A stretch of 63,986 bases of DNA, counting the filler, from Reticulomyxa filosa (lineage: Eukaryota > Protista > Foraminifera), in the NCBI GenBank assembly GCA_000512085.1. It is 21 parts of 21 records of this genome, joined end to end, with 100 filler letters (N's around TTAATTAATTAA, not from the genome) between each part and the next. Parts side by side here need not be neighbours in the genome. Positions count along the whole stretch, not along the records: positions 52,216 to 56,359 come from ASPP01003848.1; positions 56,460 to 57,946 come from ASPP01034792.1; positions 58,047 to 61,110 come from ASPP01048453.1; positions 61,211 to 62,886 come from ASPP01014206.1; positions 62,987 to 63,986 come from ASPP01043470.1; 16 more parts are not named here. One strand, written 5' to 3'. The notes below the pieces were generated by a model that was not told the DNA's origin, did not search any database, and saw only the letters and a list, made by a program, of their open reading frames with translations. Positions 53,230 through 63,986 of the stretch are shown here, piece after piece. The position numbers and the translations under genes were made by a program. Within the stretch, counting starts at the first letter, position 1, and each line of letters starts with the position of its first letter.

Positions 53230-54272
53230 AATCAGTTCTTAAAGATTTGGTAAGCTTTATTTTAATTCTTTTTTATCTTTTGGTTATAATTTTGTGTGAT
53301 TTATAATTGAAAACAATTATTCAACATTGGGTAAGAACATTAAACATTAAATTAGGATGGATTAATGATTTTGACAAACTTATTATCGATTATGTTACGT
53401 TCTTTTGTGTTTTTTTTTAATCCAAAATAAAATATCGAAATGCTTGTTATGATTATAATTTTTATGCAGGTTATTGATATTTTCATCTTTGATAAGTTTC
53501 AATCGTCATCAAAATTACTCAAAACATTCACTGGTCATACTTCTACTGTGTGGAGTATTGATTACACAACACTCAATAATAATCAATACATTTGTTCTGG
53601 ATCATCAGATAAAACAATTCGTGTATGGGATATTGATAACAACAAACAAACAAATTCAATTATTTAATGAGCATTCAAGTTATATATCTTGTCAAAATGT
53701 CATTTGTTTTTCATCTGCTGGTAGTGCTATTCGTTTTTTGGATATCAAACATAATCAACAATTAAAAATATTCTATGGACATAAATAATAGTGTTCTTGG
53801 CATTGAATTTTCACCATTTAATGGTGGTAGATATTTGTGTTGATCGAACAGTTCGTTTATGGGATATTGAAACATCTAAATTATTATATTCTTTCAATGA
53901 ACATGAAAATCAGGTTCTATGTGTTGATATTTCACCATTACAAAGCAATAATAACAATGGTAACAAAAATAATAATATTGGTGGAAATGGATATACAATT
54001 TGTTCTGGATCATTTGATAAAACAATTCAATGTATTCGAAGGTATAGTACGTAGTGTAAAATATAGATCAAATGAATTAATGAATACAATATTATCTGGA
54101 TCAAGTGATAGAAGTATTCGTTTATGGGATATTCGATCTGATAAATAAATTCAAATATTCAACAGACACACAAATAATATATGGACTGTTGATATTGAAA
54201 AAATCAAATAATAAATGTGGTATTAATTTATATCATGGTTCGTACAAAGGTTTTATTTATGTTTGGGAATAA
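53230..54272 (+). pseudogene. WD40-family pseudogene with the N-terminal QHW box exon
   Basis: TIIQHWVRTLNIKLGWINDFDKLIIDY|intron|VIDIFIFDKFQSSSKLLKTFTGH..., then WD repeats broken by several frameshifts, stops and deletions. Confidence 0.85.
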
Positions 54273-54799
54273 AACTTAGGAATGTTTTTGGATATCAAAA
54301 TAAATTTCATTAATCATTTTCAATTTTTTTTTTTTTGAATAACTGTTCTTTGTAGGATTTGAAAGTATTCATTTTAAATAAAAAAAAATCTGAGTGCTTA
54401 ATGAAACACCTTCAGGAATCATTCAACAATTAAAAAAGAAATTATCTCAAAACCTGGGACTGTTGTAAAGGTGACTTAGACGAAGCAGCCATTATCCTTT
54501 ATTTCATTGTAGCAAATCAACAAAATTGTTCAAATATCACTTTTCTCAAATTAGTACATCAATTATAGTACAACAATTGCATGTAATACAATTATTAGAA
54601 CAAAACAATCATTTTGAAACATGGAAACAATCTAAAAATTTGTTTAGACACACTTGCAAAATTGAAGGCTTCTACTTACGATATCAGCAAGTTAAGATTT
54701 TATGGTAGCCACAAAAAAAAAAAAATAATAATGTTTTCGGAATGTTTGTGGTTGTAAATTGAATAAAATTGAAGAAAACAATAAATTGAAAATAATAAG

Positions 54800-55065
54800 A
54801 GAAATATGTCTGTGTATAATTATGGAATATCATATCCTATACAAAAATTATTAAATATCGTCAAACCAACACAAATTCATTTTATCAAATTTTAAAATGA
54901 AAATGTTCTCAATTCAATGTTAATGTAGATAATATGCAATTTTTAAGACAATGTGGATTTCAAAAAGAAAATGACGGTAATTGGTATTATCATTTTATCC
55001 AAGTTGATACTCAATTGTTGTCGTTGTGTGACTTTTATGCAACATGGATAATACAACAACCGATG
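54800..55065 (+). pseudogene. PUB-domain-like remnant
   Basis: LWNIISYTKIIKYRQTN...QFLRQCGFQKE resembles the PUB pattern L.NI...P...KYR.I...L...GF. Frames are disrupted. Confidence 0.4.
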
Positions 55066-56159
55066 TATTATCTTGTCCATGTTTGAATTGTTTTATTTAC
55101 AATTTAAAAAATGACAAATGCATACAAATAATATATTCAATATATTTCATATATGTTATCGAATGGAAAATGGAAAGAGTATTTTATTTGAATATCGAAG
55201 AATTGTATTATTGAATAAAAATAAAGCAAGTAAATTTAAAAAAGCAAAGGTAATAACATTACCAAAAAAATTGTCATTTGAATACAACGTGCTGAAATTC
55301 GAATAAGTTATATCAAATACTCTAATCTCATTCTTAATCATTGTTAGCATTTCTGCATAAGTACTTCTAATGAAAGAGATTGTTTGTCAAATCGTTGTTC
55401 AGTTAATGATTTCACATTTCTCTTTTTTATACAAAAAATTGATGAAATAAATTTCAATTTGAAATTGTTTTGACATTTATTTATGAACATAAATTCAATT
55501 CGTTCCAAGTTATTTGGAAAGAAAAATTTATAATACATAAAAGGCAGTTGAAACCTTATTCAAAAACTTTGAAACAAGGACTTGAACATCTCAAACATCA
55601 ATTACAAATAATAAAACAGTCCATGTGTAAATGCATATTGTAAAATATGATATCTGAAAGAATATTTTTGCTTTGCATAATTTCAATAATTCAATTGATT
55701 GAATTAGGACACTTTAATTTGTTATGTTTTGATGCTATTCATCAAATTTAATTTGACATGAAAAAGTTGTCTGGTGAGACACAATAAACGAAGTTTCAGA
55801 TTGTGCTTTTATTCAATGCTCTCTATCTAAGATCAGTTATAATAATCCAGAAACTGGAATTATTTAAATAAAAACATTATATACAGTTTTTTAAGCTTTC
55901 GGTTGAACTTTTGTTTAAAAAAGAAAAAACTGAACAACTGTTTTCAAAGTTTTTATTGAAAACCCTTAAAAAAAACTTGTGATATACGTGCATACTTAGT
56001 TTTGGACAAGTTTTTTTTATCTTCATTGAAAAAAAAATAAACGCATTGTAAAATTCATTTTTCACATTCCCAAAAATATTTTTGAAAACCCCTTTCATTG
56101 CACTTAAAAAGTAAAAAAGTTCAATATCTTCCATTTTACGCCAAAGAAAAAAAAACAAA

Positions 56160-56359
56160 ATGACAACTTTTAGCAATGGAAGCGAATTTCAACACAATTA
56201 GCGTTGGTAAGCTTTAGTACCAGCTTTCATCAGAAAGTCTATTGCCTTTTTATTGTTTTATTTGTCTTATGTAATTTGTGATTTAAACAGTCTGAAGAAG
56301 AAAAGATTCAAGTAATTGTACAACATTGGATTCGAATATTGAAAATTAAATTAGGATGG
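56160..56359 (+). pseudogene. 5' end of another WD40-family gene: short first exon (frameshifted) plus QHW box exon, cut by the contig end
   Basis: ATG ACA ACT TTT AGC AAT...|gtaagc...aacag|SEEEKIQVIVQHWIRILKIKLGW. Confidence 0.7.
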
Positions 56360-56460
56360 NNNNNNNNNNNNNNNNNNNNNNNNNNNNNNNNNNNNNNNNN
56401 NNNTTAATTAATTAANNNNNNNNNNNNNNNNNNNNNNNNNNNNNNNNNNNNNNNNNNNNA

Positions 56461-57946
56461 TTGAAATCCAAACTATTTGTAATCAAGACATTAATTGCCT
56501 TGGATGACTACACCAAACCCAATTGTAAATTTCGTGATTTATTTTTTAAGCATCAAGAGGCTCTATTTAATAATGTGATCGACACTGGCAAAGTATTAAA
56601 AGCCATGGATGAACATCGTTACATTGATGTCGCTGCAGAAATGTCCAAAATCAATCAACGCAAAGATGGAGATGCGCAAGTGGAAAGAGCGTTTGAGGAG
56701 CTCAAAAACTCTCTGTCACGTTCGTTGAGAGCTTTGGCCAAAACTACATTGATGAGAGTGTTGACTCTGGGCGATAATGAAGTGGATTTAGAAAATATGA
56801 TCAATTTAGATGTACAATTGCAAACAATGGAAGATGCCAAAAATTCTGTGTTTGAATACGCAGATAATAATACTAAAAAAGAAATCGAAAAGATAGAGTC
56901 TGAAACGAAATCATCAATCGAAAGGTGGCTGTTTAAAGTGGTGGCAATTGTGAAAGCCGCCATCAAATCCTACAAATTTTGGGAGGCGGAGGAGAAGATC
57001 AAACTAGTTCGAAAAGTCAATTGCATTTTAGGAAGTCATTTTGAACAAATTTCTTTTGATGACAGCAAAGAAGAAAAGGTGAAGGGCAAAATTTTCAATA
57101 GTGTCGATCAATTGGAACAACAACTGCAAAATGTGTTGGAAACAGTTGTCAAAAAATACAAAAATATTGATTTAAAAATTGCGAAGTTTAACCCATATGT
57201 TTCCGATCCACCCAAGAATCTGTATGCCAAATTGGATAAAGTGATGCATACTGCCTCCACGTATAATTACAAAGAGTCATGGGATGCAATTGAAGAGGAC
57301 ATTACCCAAAAAGTCCGAGACCAATTACAAGAGATTCGCAAACAAGTGAAAGAATTCGATTGGCGAAAATTGGAGACACGTGTCCGATTTTGTGAATCAG
57401 TGTTAAATTCGTTGCCCAAACACATGCGAAAAATACTTGGGGATGAGATCAAACAATGTCATGATGATATAAAATGTGATCTCGAAAATAGTGCAATAGA
57501 AGTAGAACAGGTGACTCAGAAAAGGAATGTGCAAGATATCAACGAATTACTGAATAGTAGCACTTCCAACCAAAAGAGAAACATTGAAGAAAAAGAATCT
57601 TTGGTTAAACGTGCAACCAGTTCTGGACAAGTAGGATTGTTTACCAGAGCCTTTGGAAGAGGAATTGACTTTGTTTATCGTGATCAAATTGTCGCTGCCA
57701 ATGGTGGAGTACACGTCATTCAGACCTCCCTTTCTGAAGAATTATCTGAGGAAGTGCAAATCAAAGGACGTACTGCTCGACAAGGTAGTTATGGATCTTA
57801 TAGCTTGATATTGTGTGATAAGTTTCTCAAAAAGTTTTTAATCACCAAAGCAGAAATTGACAACGCAAGAAGTGCAGGCAATTTATATCCACTGTCAAAT
57901 GCAAAGCGGTGTGAATTCTTCAAATCTCAATATGCTGAAAGCAAGA
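56461..57946 (+). CDS. Large helical protein fragment ending in a SecA-like helicase C-terminal (RecA2) module; truncated at both ends
   Basis: VKRATSSGQVGLFTRAFGRGIDF, NGGVHVIQT and EEVQIKGRTARQGSYGSY match SecA motifs (A...G.VTIAT.MAGRGTDI, GGLHVIGT, QLRGRAGRQGDPG). Confidence 0.75.
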
Positions 57947-58088
57947 NNNNNNNNNNNNNNNNNNNNNNNNNNNNNNNNNNNNNNNNNNNNTTAATTAATT
58001 AANNNNNNNNNNNNNNNNNNNNNNNNNNNNNNNNNNNNNNNNNNNNTGTGCTATATTTGGTAGACATGAAATCAACATTAGTGTTGCA

Positions 58089-58509
58089 ATGTTTGAATAT
58101 GCAAATGAATTAACCATTCAAAGTATTTTGGATAATATTGATCGTTGTTATCCAAGTTTCAAAAAATGTACTTTCAATTCCAATGAATTAGAATTTGTTC
58201 AATCATTTTTTGATGATCCACATCAAGCACAACATGTACTTGAAATCACTTATCAAATTATTGTAATGATGGATCGTAATATTAGTAACCTTAATATGTT
58301 AAGATATTCAATTTATTTTGTATTTTGTTAATTTAAAAAAAAACATGTTTATGATACGCTAATTCAGGGATGAACATCTTTCGAAATGGATGGAAAAAAT
58401 GCAATTTGAAAAAGAAGATTGGAAATTATTTGAAAAGAAAAATGATGTCATATTGTTGATAAACCACGTTGGTGAATTGTGGCACACTTTAAATTCTTTA
58501 CAATCCTAA
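58089..58509 (+). CDS. 3' end of a hypothetical protein (two exons)
   Basis: ORF MFEYANELTIQSIL...MMDRNIS, an intron-like gap, then DEHLSKWMEKMQFEKEDWKLF...HVGELWHTLNSLQS*. No confident motif. Confidence 0.35.
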
Positions 58510-61210
58510 TTGAGCTCTGTTTTGACGATAATAGAACAAGGCTATTGCTTATAATTTGTTTCAGATTTCAGTAACAAAGTGGAATCATTATCAAAATTCT
58601 TTTTCTTTAGACACACTCCTTCCTATTTCTTCATGAGCATCGTGTTAACTCATATTTGATTTTTTTTTATTAAGATCCTGTTATTTTACCCATAATAAAT
58701 TTTATGACATGGCTCTAGTTATAATCTGCTGCCATCCACAAAATTTAAATTTTTATTCAAACAAAAAGGGTTTTTAGGAGCAGCAACATTTGTTAAAAGT
58801 TTTTATCGTTCTTGTTTTGTTTCCTAAAGTAAACTGACAAAAAAAAAGAGACGATCATCATTATCAAAATGTTTGAAGCTGGAAATGAAGCAACTATTTA
58901 AACAAAAGAGGACGTAAGCACAACGAAAAGAATGTATGATTGATTCAACGCCAAGATATCTATTTGAAGATTTATTTGCTGCAACTTTTAATCAATAGAA
59001 GTTAGTTCAGCGTCGGTTCTATCAGGAATAAGCATTTCCACAAATTGGTTGCTAAATAAGGCAACTAATACTTTTAAACTCCAAAGTAATCAAAAGAATT
59101 GATTTTGTTTGTTACTTTTTGTAACATATTGCATTATTTTGTACTTTATTCACTTAATGTTAAAAAAAAGTAAAAACTAACTAAATTGGGCTAACTGTCA
59201 AAAAGAAAAAACCTTGACTAGAGACGGAGGAAGCGTGGAAGATAAAAAAAACAGGGGATGGGAGATACGAAAAAGAATGAATTTTTCACTATGGAGATGC
59301 TTTTGAAAGGTAGTACTACTTTTTAAACAAAAATTCAAATACTTTCCTTTTTTTTCAAGGTGGCGAAAAAAGTAAAAATTGCAATATCATTTCTTTCTTT
59401 TATTGTTATTGTTTTGTGTCATTTTTTTAAAACCAATAAATAGGATAATATTTATTGGAATGCATGGAAAGAAACGAAAACAAAAAAAATTTGTGCTGAT
59501 AAAAATAAACGATATAATGTTATTTTTTTCTAAACTGTTATTTCTTGAAAGAATAATAACATTGGAGTATCATTACTTGTTTTTTTCAATTAACTTTAAC
59601 TTGTGCTTGTGTATCAATCCCTCCACCTTGCAATAAATATTCAATACACATAAGCATCTTTGTAATCATAATTTTGATATTGTCCACTATGGATGATTGT
59701 TCTAATGCATTTGTCGTGATATTGGTTTACTTTGATACATTTTATTGGAAAAATTTTCATTGCAAATGTAATCGTAAGTCATATCGTTGTGTCCCAATTC
59801 CAATGGATTTATTTATTGAGACAAGGAGATAGTTTTCTGATTTTTGAGCTATGTACCTGCCTTGTAATTATTTCTGCTTGCAATTTTGACAAAAAAACTT
59901 TATTGATCACTGTGTTTCCATAAATCATAACACAACGTAGCATTATATTTGCTATCGTCATACAATACTTCATATGATATATGTTTAACGCATTTAAAAA
60001 CCATAAATTATCATGCAATAAATACTTGACTATCCATCATTTCCATTTGTTCCTTATTTGCCAATTTTCCAATTTTTTTATTTTTATATAAGTGTATATG
60101 TGTGTGAATATTGAATTGATTTTTAAAAAGATAAAGAAAGAATAAACTTGTTAATTTTAATGTGCAATTAGTTATTGCGAATAAATTGTTCTTGTCTTTG
60201 AGTTCATAGAATGCATAATTAAAAAAAAGTGGTTTCATTAATATCATTGGATATGTTAAGATTTGCATTATTTGCCATTAAATTTTTGAAAACATTCAAT
60301 GACTAATGCATCTTCTTGATTTGCCCAAGCAGCTTGATTTGATTTCCTTTTTTATCTTCATTTAAGGATTCAGCGTATCTGCATCACAAAAAAAAAAGAG
60401 ATGATGCATTTTCGAAATCATTAAAAGTTTATATAACCGAGCAAAATAAATATTTTTTCTAATGGAAATATGACTTGAGTTTCCAAAATTGTAAATCCAA
60501 AATATCCCTTTCTCATTCAATTTGCATAATCCCATCTTAAAATCTTATTACATTTTTCCTGGGAAATAGACTATTCATTCCATTATAACAAATGCCATAA
60601 TTTTGGATATTTTTCGTTGGGATTCTTGAGTTATTACAGAAGGGCTTCAATTCAGAAGAACATGTATTATCACAACTCACTTTGATATTTCTGTATATTG
60701 TTATCAGCATTATCATTGTTGTTATTAAACTACTAACTTCACTCAATATTTTTTTTCCAGACAAAATAACACGCCGCAAAAATGATAATCAACGTATCAA
60801 TAAATTCGAGTGTGTGCTTATTGCCATTGTTTACTTTTACACTTGCACTTCTAAACACCAACCATACTACTCTAAATAATATTCATGTAACCGATGCACA
60901 TAAGTATACTAATTTCACTTTTTTCATCAATTAAAAATTTTTATATTTGTTGTCTAGTAAAGCAAGCATTCTATGACTGTATTATTTTGAAAACAATATT
61001 TTTCAATTCAAAAGCGTTTGATCTTGAGCGAATGTTTTCAAAGTTATATATTCTGTTTGGTGTATAAATATTTCTTTATTTTCAAATAATAACAATAAAA
61101 GTATCAGTATNNNNNNNNNNNNNNNNNNNNNNNNNNNNNNNNNNNNNNNNNNNNTTAATTAATTAANNNNNNNNNNNNNNNNNNNNNNNNNNNNNNNNNN
61201 NNNNNNNNNN

Positions 61211-61486
61211 GAGCAGCTGGCGCGCGACATCCTGGCCGGCCGCAAGCGCCTGCAGGACGTCGATCGCAGCCGGGTCCACATGATCTTCCTGCAGGACGAC
61301 ATCGCGCAGATGGGCGTCGGTCCGATCGCGACGCGCCCCAAGGATAGTCTGGGCCGTGGCGATGCCGCCGTGATCCTCTATCGCCGTATCTGGATGCGCG
61401 AGCTGGCGAAGTTCGCCAATGGCGAGCCGGTCAAGGAATGGAAGTACGACCCGGCGAAGATCCAGGTGCGATCGGACTACCGCTGA
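61211..61486 (+). CDS. Bacterial Rieske non-heme iron oxygenase alpha subunit, C-terminal end (phthalate 4,5-dioxygenase-like group)
   Basis: QDDIAQMGVGPIATRPKDSLGRGDAAVILYRRIWMRELAKFANGEPVKEW, containing the Fe-ligand QD motif and the LG..D..VI..R terminus. High GC3. Confidence 0.75.
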   Translation, partial: EQLARDILAGRKRLQDVDRSRVHMIFLQDDIAQMGVGPIATRPKDSLGRGDAAVILYRRIWMRELAKFANGEPVKEWKYDPAKIQVRSDYR

Positions 61487-62100
61487 ACCGCAAGGGAGAA
61501 GCGGAGGATTCTGGAAGGGGTATCGCTCGTCATCCCGAGCGATGCCCCCTCTGCATTCTCGAACGCCAGCATTTCGCCCGCCTTCAGCGTCTCGACGGGA
61601 AGGGCGTGGTCGCAGGCAAGGCGCACCGTGCCCTCGAGCGCGTAGAGCAACACCACGTCGTCCTCCAGTCGATGGGATGATGCCGAGGCGCCCGGCATCA
61701 GCACGGTGTGCGAATAGACCACGGTGTCGTCCGTCATGACGTTGAGGACGCTCGCGGCTTCACCCGACAGGTGGCAATGGGTCTTCCATCCGCCGTTGAA
61801 GTCGAAAGGCTCGAAGCGGACAACGGTGTGCGCGGGTACCTGACCAAAGAAATCCAGCGTGAAGGCGCCGCCGGACAGCAGGGTGATGGTCCGCTTGCAG
61901 CCCGCATAGGTTGAAAAGGGACAGGAGCCAGGAATACTGGTCGTCGACATGCGCCAGAGCAGGCGATCCGGCTTGCCGGGCTGGGTACGCAGGATCAGTT
62001 CGCGGCTCGCGCCGCCGCCATTTCCCCAGGGAATCTCGCGACCGTCCTGCGGCCCCACGAAAGTGACGATGGGCCGGCGCTTCGATGGACCATGATGCAT
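61477..62100 (-). CDS. hutD: Bacterial HutD/Ves-family cupin protein
   Basis: PWGNGGGASREL, WRMSTTSI...PFSTYAGCKRTITLLSG, FEPFDFNG and LNVMT match the HutD pattern (PWKNGGG.T.EI, WR.S.A.I, PFS.F.G..R). Its stop overlaps the convergent oxygenase stop. Confidence 0.85.
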   Translation of the reverse strand: MHHGPSKRRPIVTFVGPQDGREIPWGNGGGASRELILRTQPGKPDRLLWRMSTTSIPGSCPFSTYAGCKRTITLLSGGAFTLDFFGQVPAHTVVRFEPFDFNGGWKTHCHLSGEAASVLNVMTDDTVVYSHTVLMPGASASSHRLEDDVVLLYALEGTVRLACDHALPVETLKAGEMLAFENAEGASLGMTSDTPSRILRFSLAVQR

Positions 62101-62255
62101 GTCACTGAGATGCGTCACGCGGACCGGCGACGCAAGCGCCTTCGTGCCTTCATTGCATAAGCGATTCGATATCACGCATGTCGCAACAACATATTGGACG
62201 CAACGCCCGCGAGTGCGGCGAAATGCACGTGTCGCACCCGAAGGGAGAAGCCACC

Positions 62256-62886
62256 GTGTCCGCAGCCGTTGTACGCACTCTCGCCGATGCCAGGACCACG
62301 GAAAAAGCCGGTGTCACTTTCAGGGACGTCGGCAAGACGGGCCCCGGCACGCTTTCCGGAAGATATCTGCGACAGTTCTGGCAGCCGGTCTGCCATTCGG
62401 TCGAGGTCGCCGCCAAGCGCACCCTGCCGATCCGGATCCTGGGCGAGGATTTCACCGTCTACCGCAGCGAAAGCGGCGTTCCCCAGGTGATCGAGGCGCG
62501 CTGCCCCCATCGCGGCATGCCGCTGCACGCGGGCTGGGTCGAGGGCGACGAGATCCGTTGCTACTATCATGGCTGGAAGTTCAACGCCGCCGGCGCCTGC
62601 ACCGAACAGCCGGCGGAACGCCCGGATTTCTGCGGCAAGATTTCGATCAAGAGCTATCCGACGCGCGAGTATCTCGGCCTGGTCTTCGCTTTCCTGGGTG
62701 AAGGCGAGCCGCCGGCTTTCGAGCGCTTTCCGGCCTTCGAGGCCGACGACGTGCTGGTCATGCACGACACCTACATGCGCGCCTGCAACTTCTTCAACAA
62801 TCTGGAGAATGTCGGCGATCTCAGCCACGTGGCCTTTGCCCATGGCGACGCGTCGGTCGCCTGGGACGAGGCGACCGACGGACCGG
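62256..62886 (+). CDS. Bacterial Rieske oxygenase alpha subunit, N-terminal part (3'-truncated)
   Basis: SD-like AGGGAG 8 nt before the GTG at 62256; TGPGTLSGRYLRQFWQPV; Rieske CPH...CYYH; mononuclear-Fe motif ENVGDLSHVAFAH. Confidence 0.93.
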
Positions 62887-63299
62887 NNNNNNNNNNNNNN
62901 NNNNNNNNNNNNNNNNNNNNNNNNNNNNNNTTAATTAATTAANNNNNNNNNNNNNNNNNNNNNNNNNNNNNNNNNNNNNNNNNNNNTTCGACATTTGCAT
63001 TAACTTGTGTATTTTCATAATGAGTCTGTCATTAGATGCGTTCACACCATTGGTAGTTCTAGTGTTTGTGTTAGCATTTATATAAGTGTTATGAATAATG
63101 ATATCCTTGTCATTTATACTCTGATAGTTGTCATTAGCACCAAACATGGCATTGCTATAAGCCTCATTTGTTTAAACAAGTCCATATAAATACTGCACAC
63201 ATAGGTAGCGACATGGGCCTCCATGAGTGTGAATCTGATTTGGTGTAAGAGTTTGACAGCAGACAAGACACCATGAGCAGAAGCAGCTGCGGTTGCAGA

Positions 63300-63900
63300 T
63301 ATGGAAGCATGTGCACAACACAAATTGGTGCACCTCTTTGATTACATTTGGCTTCGTCAATAGATGTCTCGTGCGACATTGCGGCAGATAATGCTCTATT
63401 GTCTGCACATACCTGTGTCGCGCTCAAAATACCATAATATCAAACCCATTTGTGGTATTTTTTGACTATGTCCAATAGCTTGTCTAAATGTGACAAACGT
63501 GTTATCACGCACTGCTGCAGACGCATCACATGCATGTTCAATTTGTCTTTAAATATACCATCGATCATCAAATGCTGCTCAAATGCCTTTGCATTCCTCT
63601 TTTTGTCTTCATTTATCAAACCATATAGCTCTTTCCAGTCTCAAAATTTCGATCCCAGGTTGTGTACACGTTCTTCTCGTTCATGAGGAAAAAGCGGGAT
63701 CTTGGAAATTTCCAACCCACACATACCTGATCTCCTTCTTCTCCTTTTTGTCTCAGTTGTTGCAAGTCGTGCCAATGATATTTGTACCAGACTCACTTAT
63801 TGTCACTTTTTTGTGCAATGACTTCACTGAAATTGCACGAGTTGCTATCAACTCGTCCACTTTTTCTTCCTTTTTCTCACCTTTACTTCTCTTTTTCATT
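63300..63900 (-). mobile_element. Possible degenerate 3' end of a non-LTR retrotransposon ORF2 (RNase H end to CCHC knuckle)
   Basis: Fragments in different frames appear in the expected order: EKVDELIA (like RNase H GNE.AD.LA), CVITRLSHL (like ITRLRTGH), GMCRQ / QTIEHYLPQC (like C..C...ET.EH....C). Heavily disrupted. Confidence 0.35.
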
Positions 63901-63986
63901 GTCGGTTGTTTGGGCAAAAGTGTCAGATATGACAGCTTTTGGCTGATCATATCGGCGTTTTTTATTGGAAAGATTAATATCTGGTC

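Noticed and set aside
58089-60900. RNF213-like or other large-ATPase remnants in this AT-rich contig
   Set aside because: Only a vague resemblance of a short C-terminal segment; no diagnostic motif.
61211-62886. The two Rieske halves as one circularly permuted gene or a small circle, or as HGT into the host
   Set aside because: The contig ends show no overlap, the middle of the protein is absent, and no host-like sequence is attached. Two paralogs on a contaminant fragment is simpler.

Overview
This window is not one locus. It is 21 short assembly contigs joined by 20 identical artificial 100-nt spacers (N44-TTAATTAATTAA-N44, with stops in all six frames), so only adjacency within a contig is real. 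Twenty contigs come from an AT-rich, intron-rich microbial eukaryote using the standard code. The gene families resemble my recollection of the foraminiferan Reticulomyxa filosa; that assignment is unverified. One contig (61211-62886) is GC-rich bacterial DNA carrying two Rieske oxygenase halves and hutD. The eukaryotic contigs fall into two classes. The first holds spliced housekeeping genes: GH3 beta-xylosidase, TOP3B, an ARF GTPase, WDR7, an SDR epimerase, an UNC-93-like MFS, NDUFA9, an M6P-receptor/ATG27-like protein, EMC6 and zinc-finger proteins. The second holds very AT-rich, intron-poor contigs full of paralogs and pseudogenes of WD40, Kelch-like, NACHT-HEAT, caspase-like, ankyrin and SecA-like proteins. 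The most interesting signals are: a recurring ~96-nt phase-0 cassette exon encoding a 'QHWxRxLxIKLGWxxDF' box joined to different beta-propellers (candidate novel adaptor module); an NLR-like NACHT plus caspase-like toolkit in a protist; an intact Tc1-type transposase with DD33E spacing; a bacterial-looking epimerase carrying an intron; and unusual introns (frequent GTT donors, fold-back palindromes). No rRNA, tRNA or CRISPR array was recognised.
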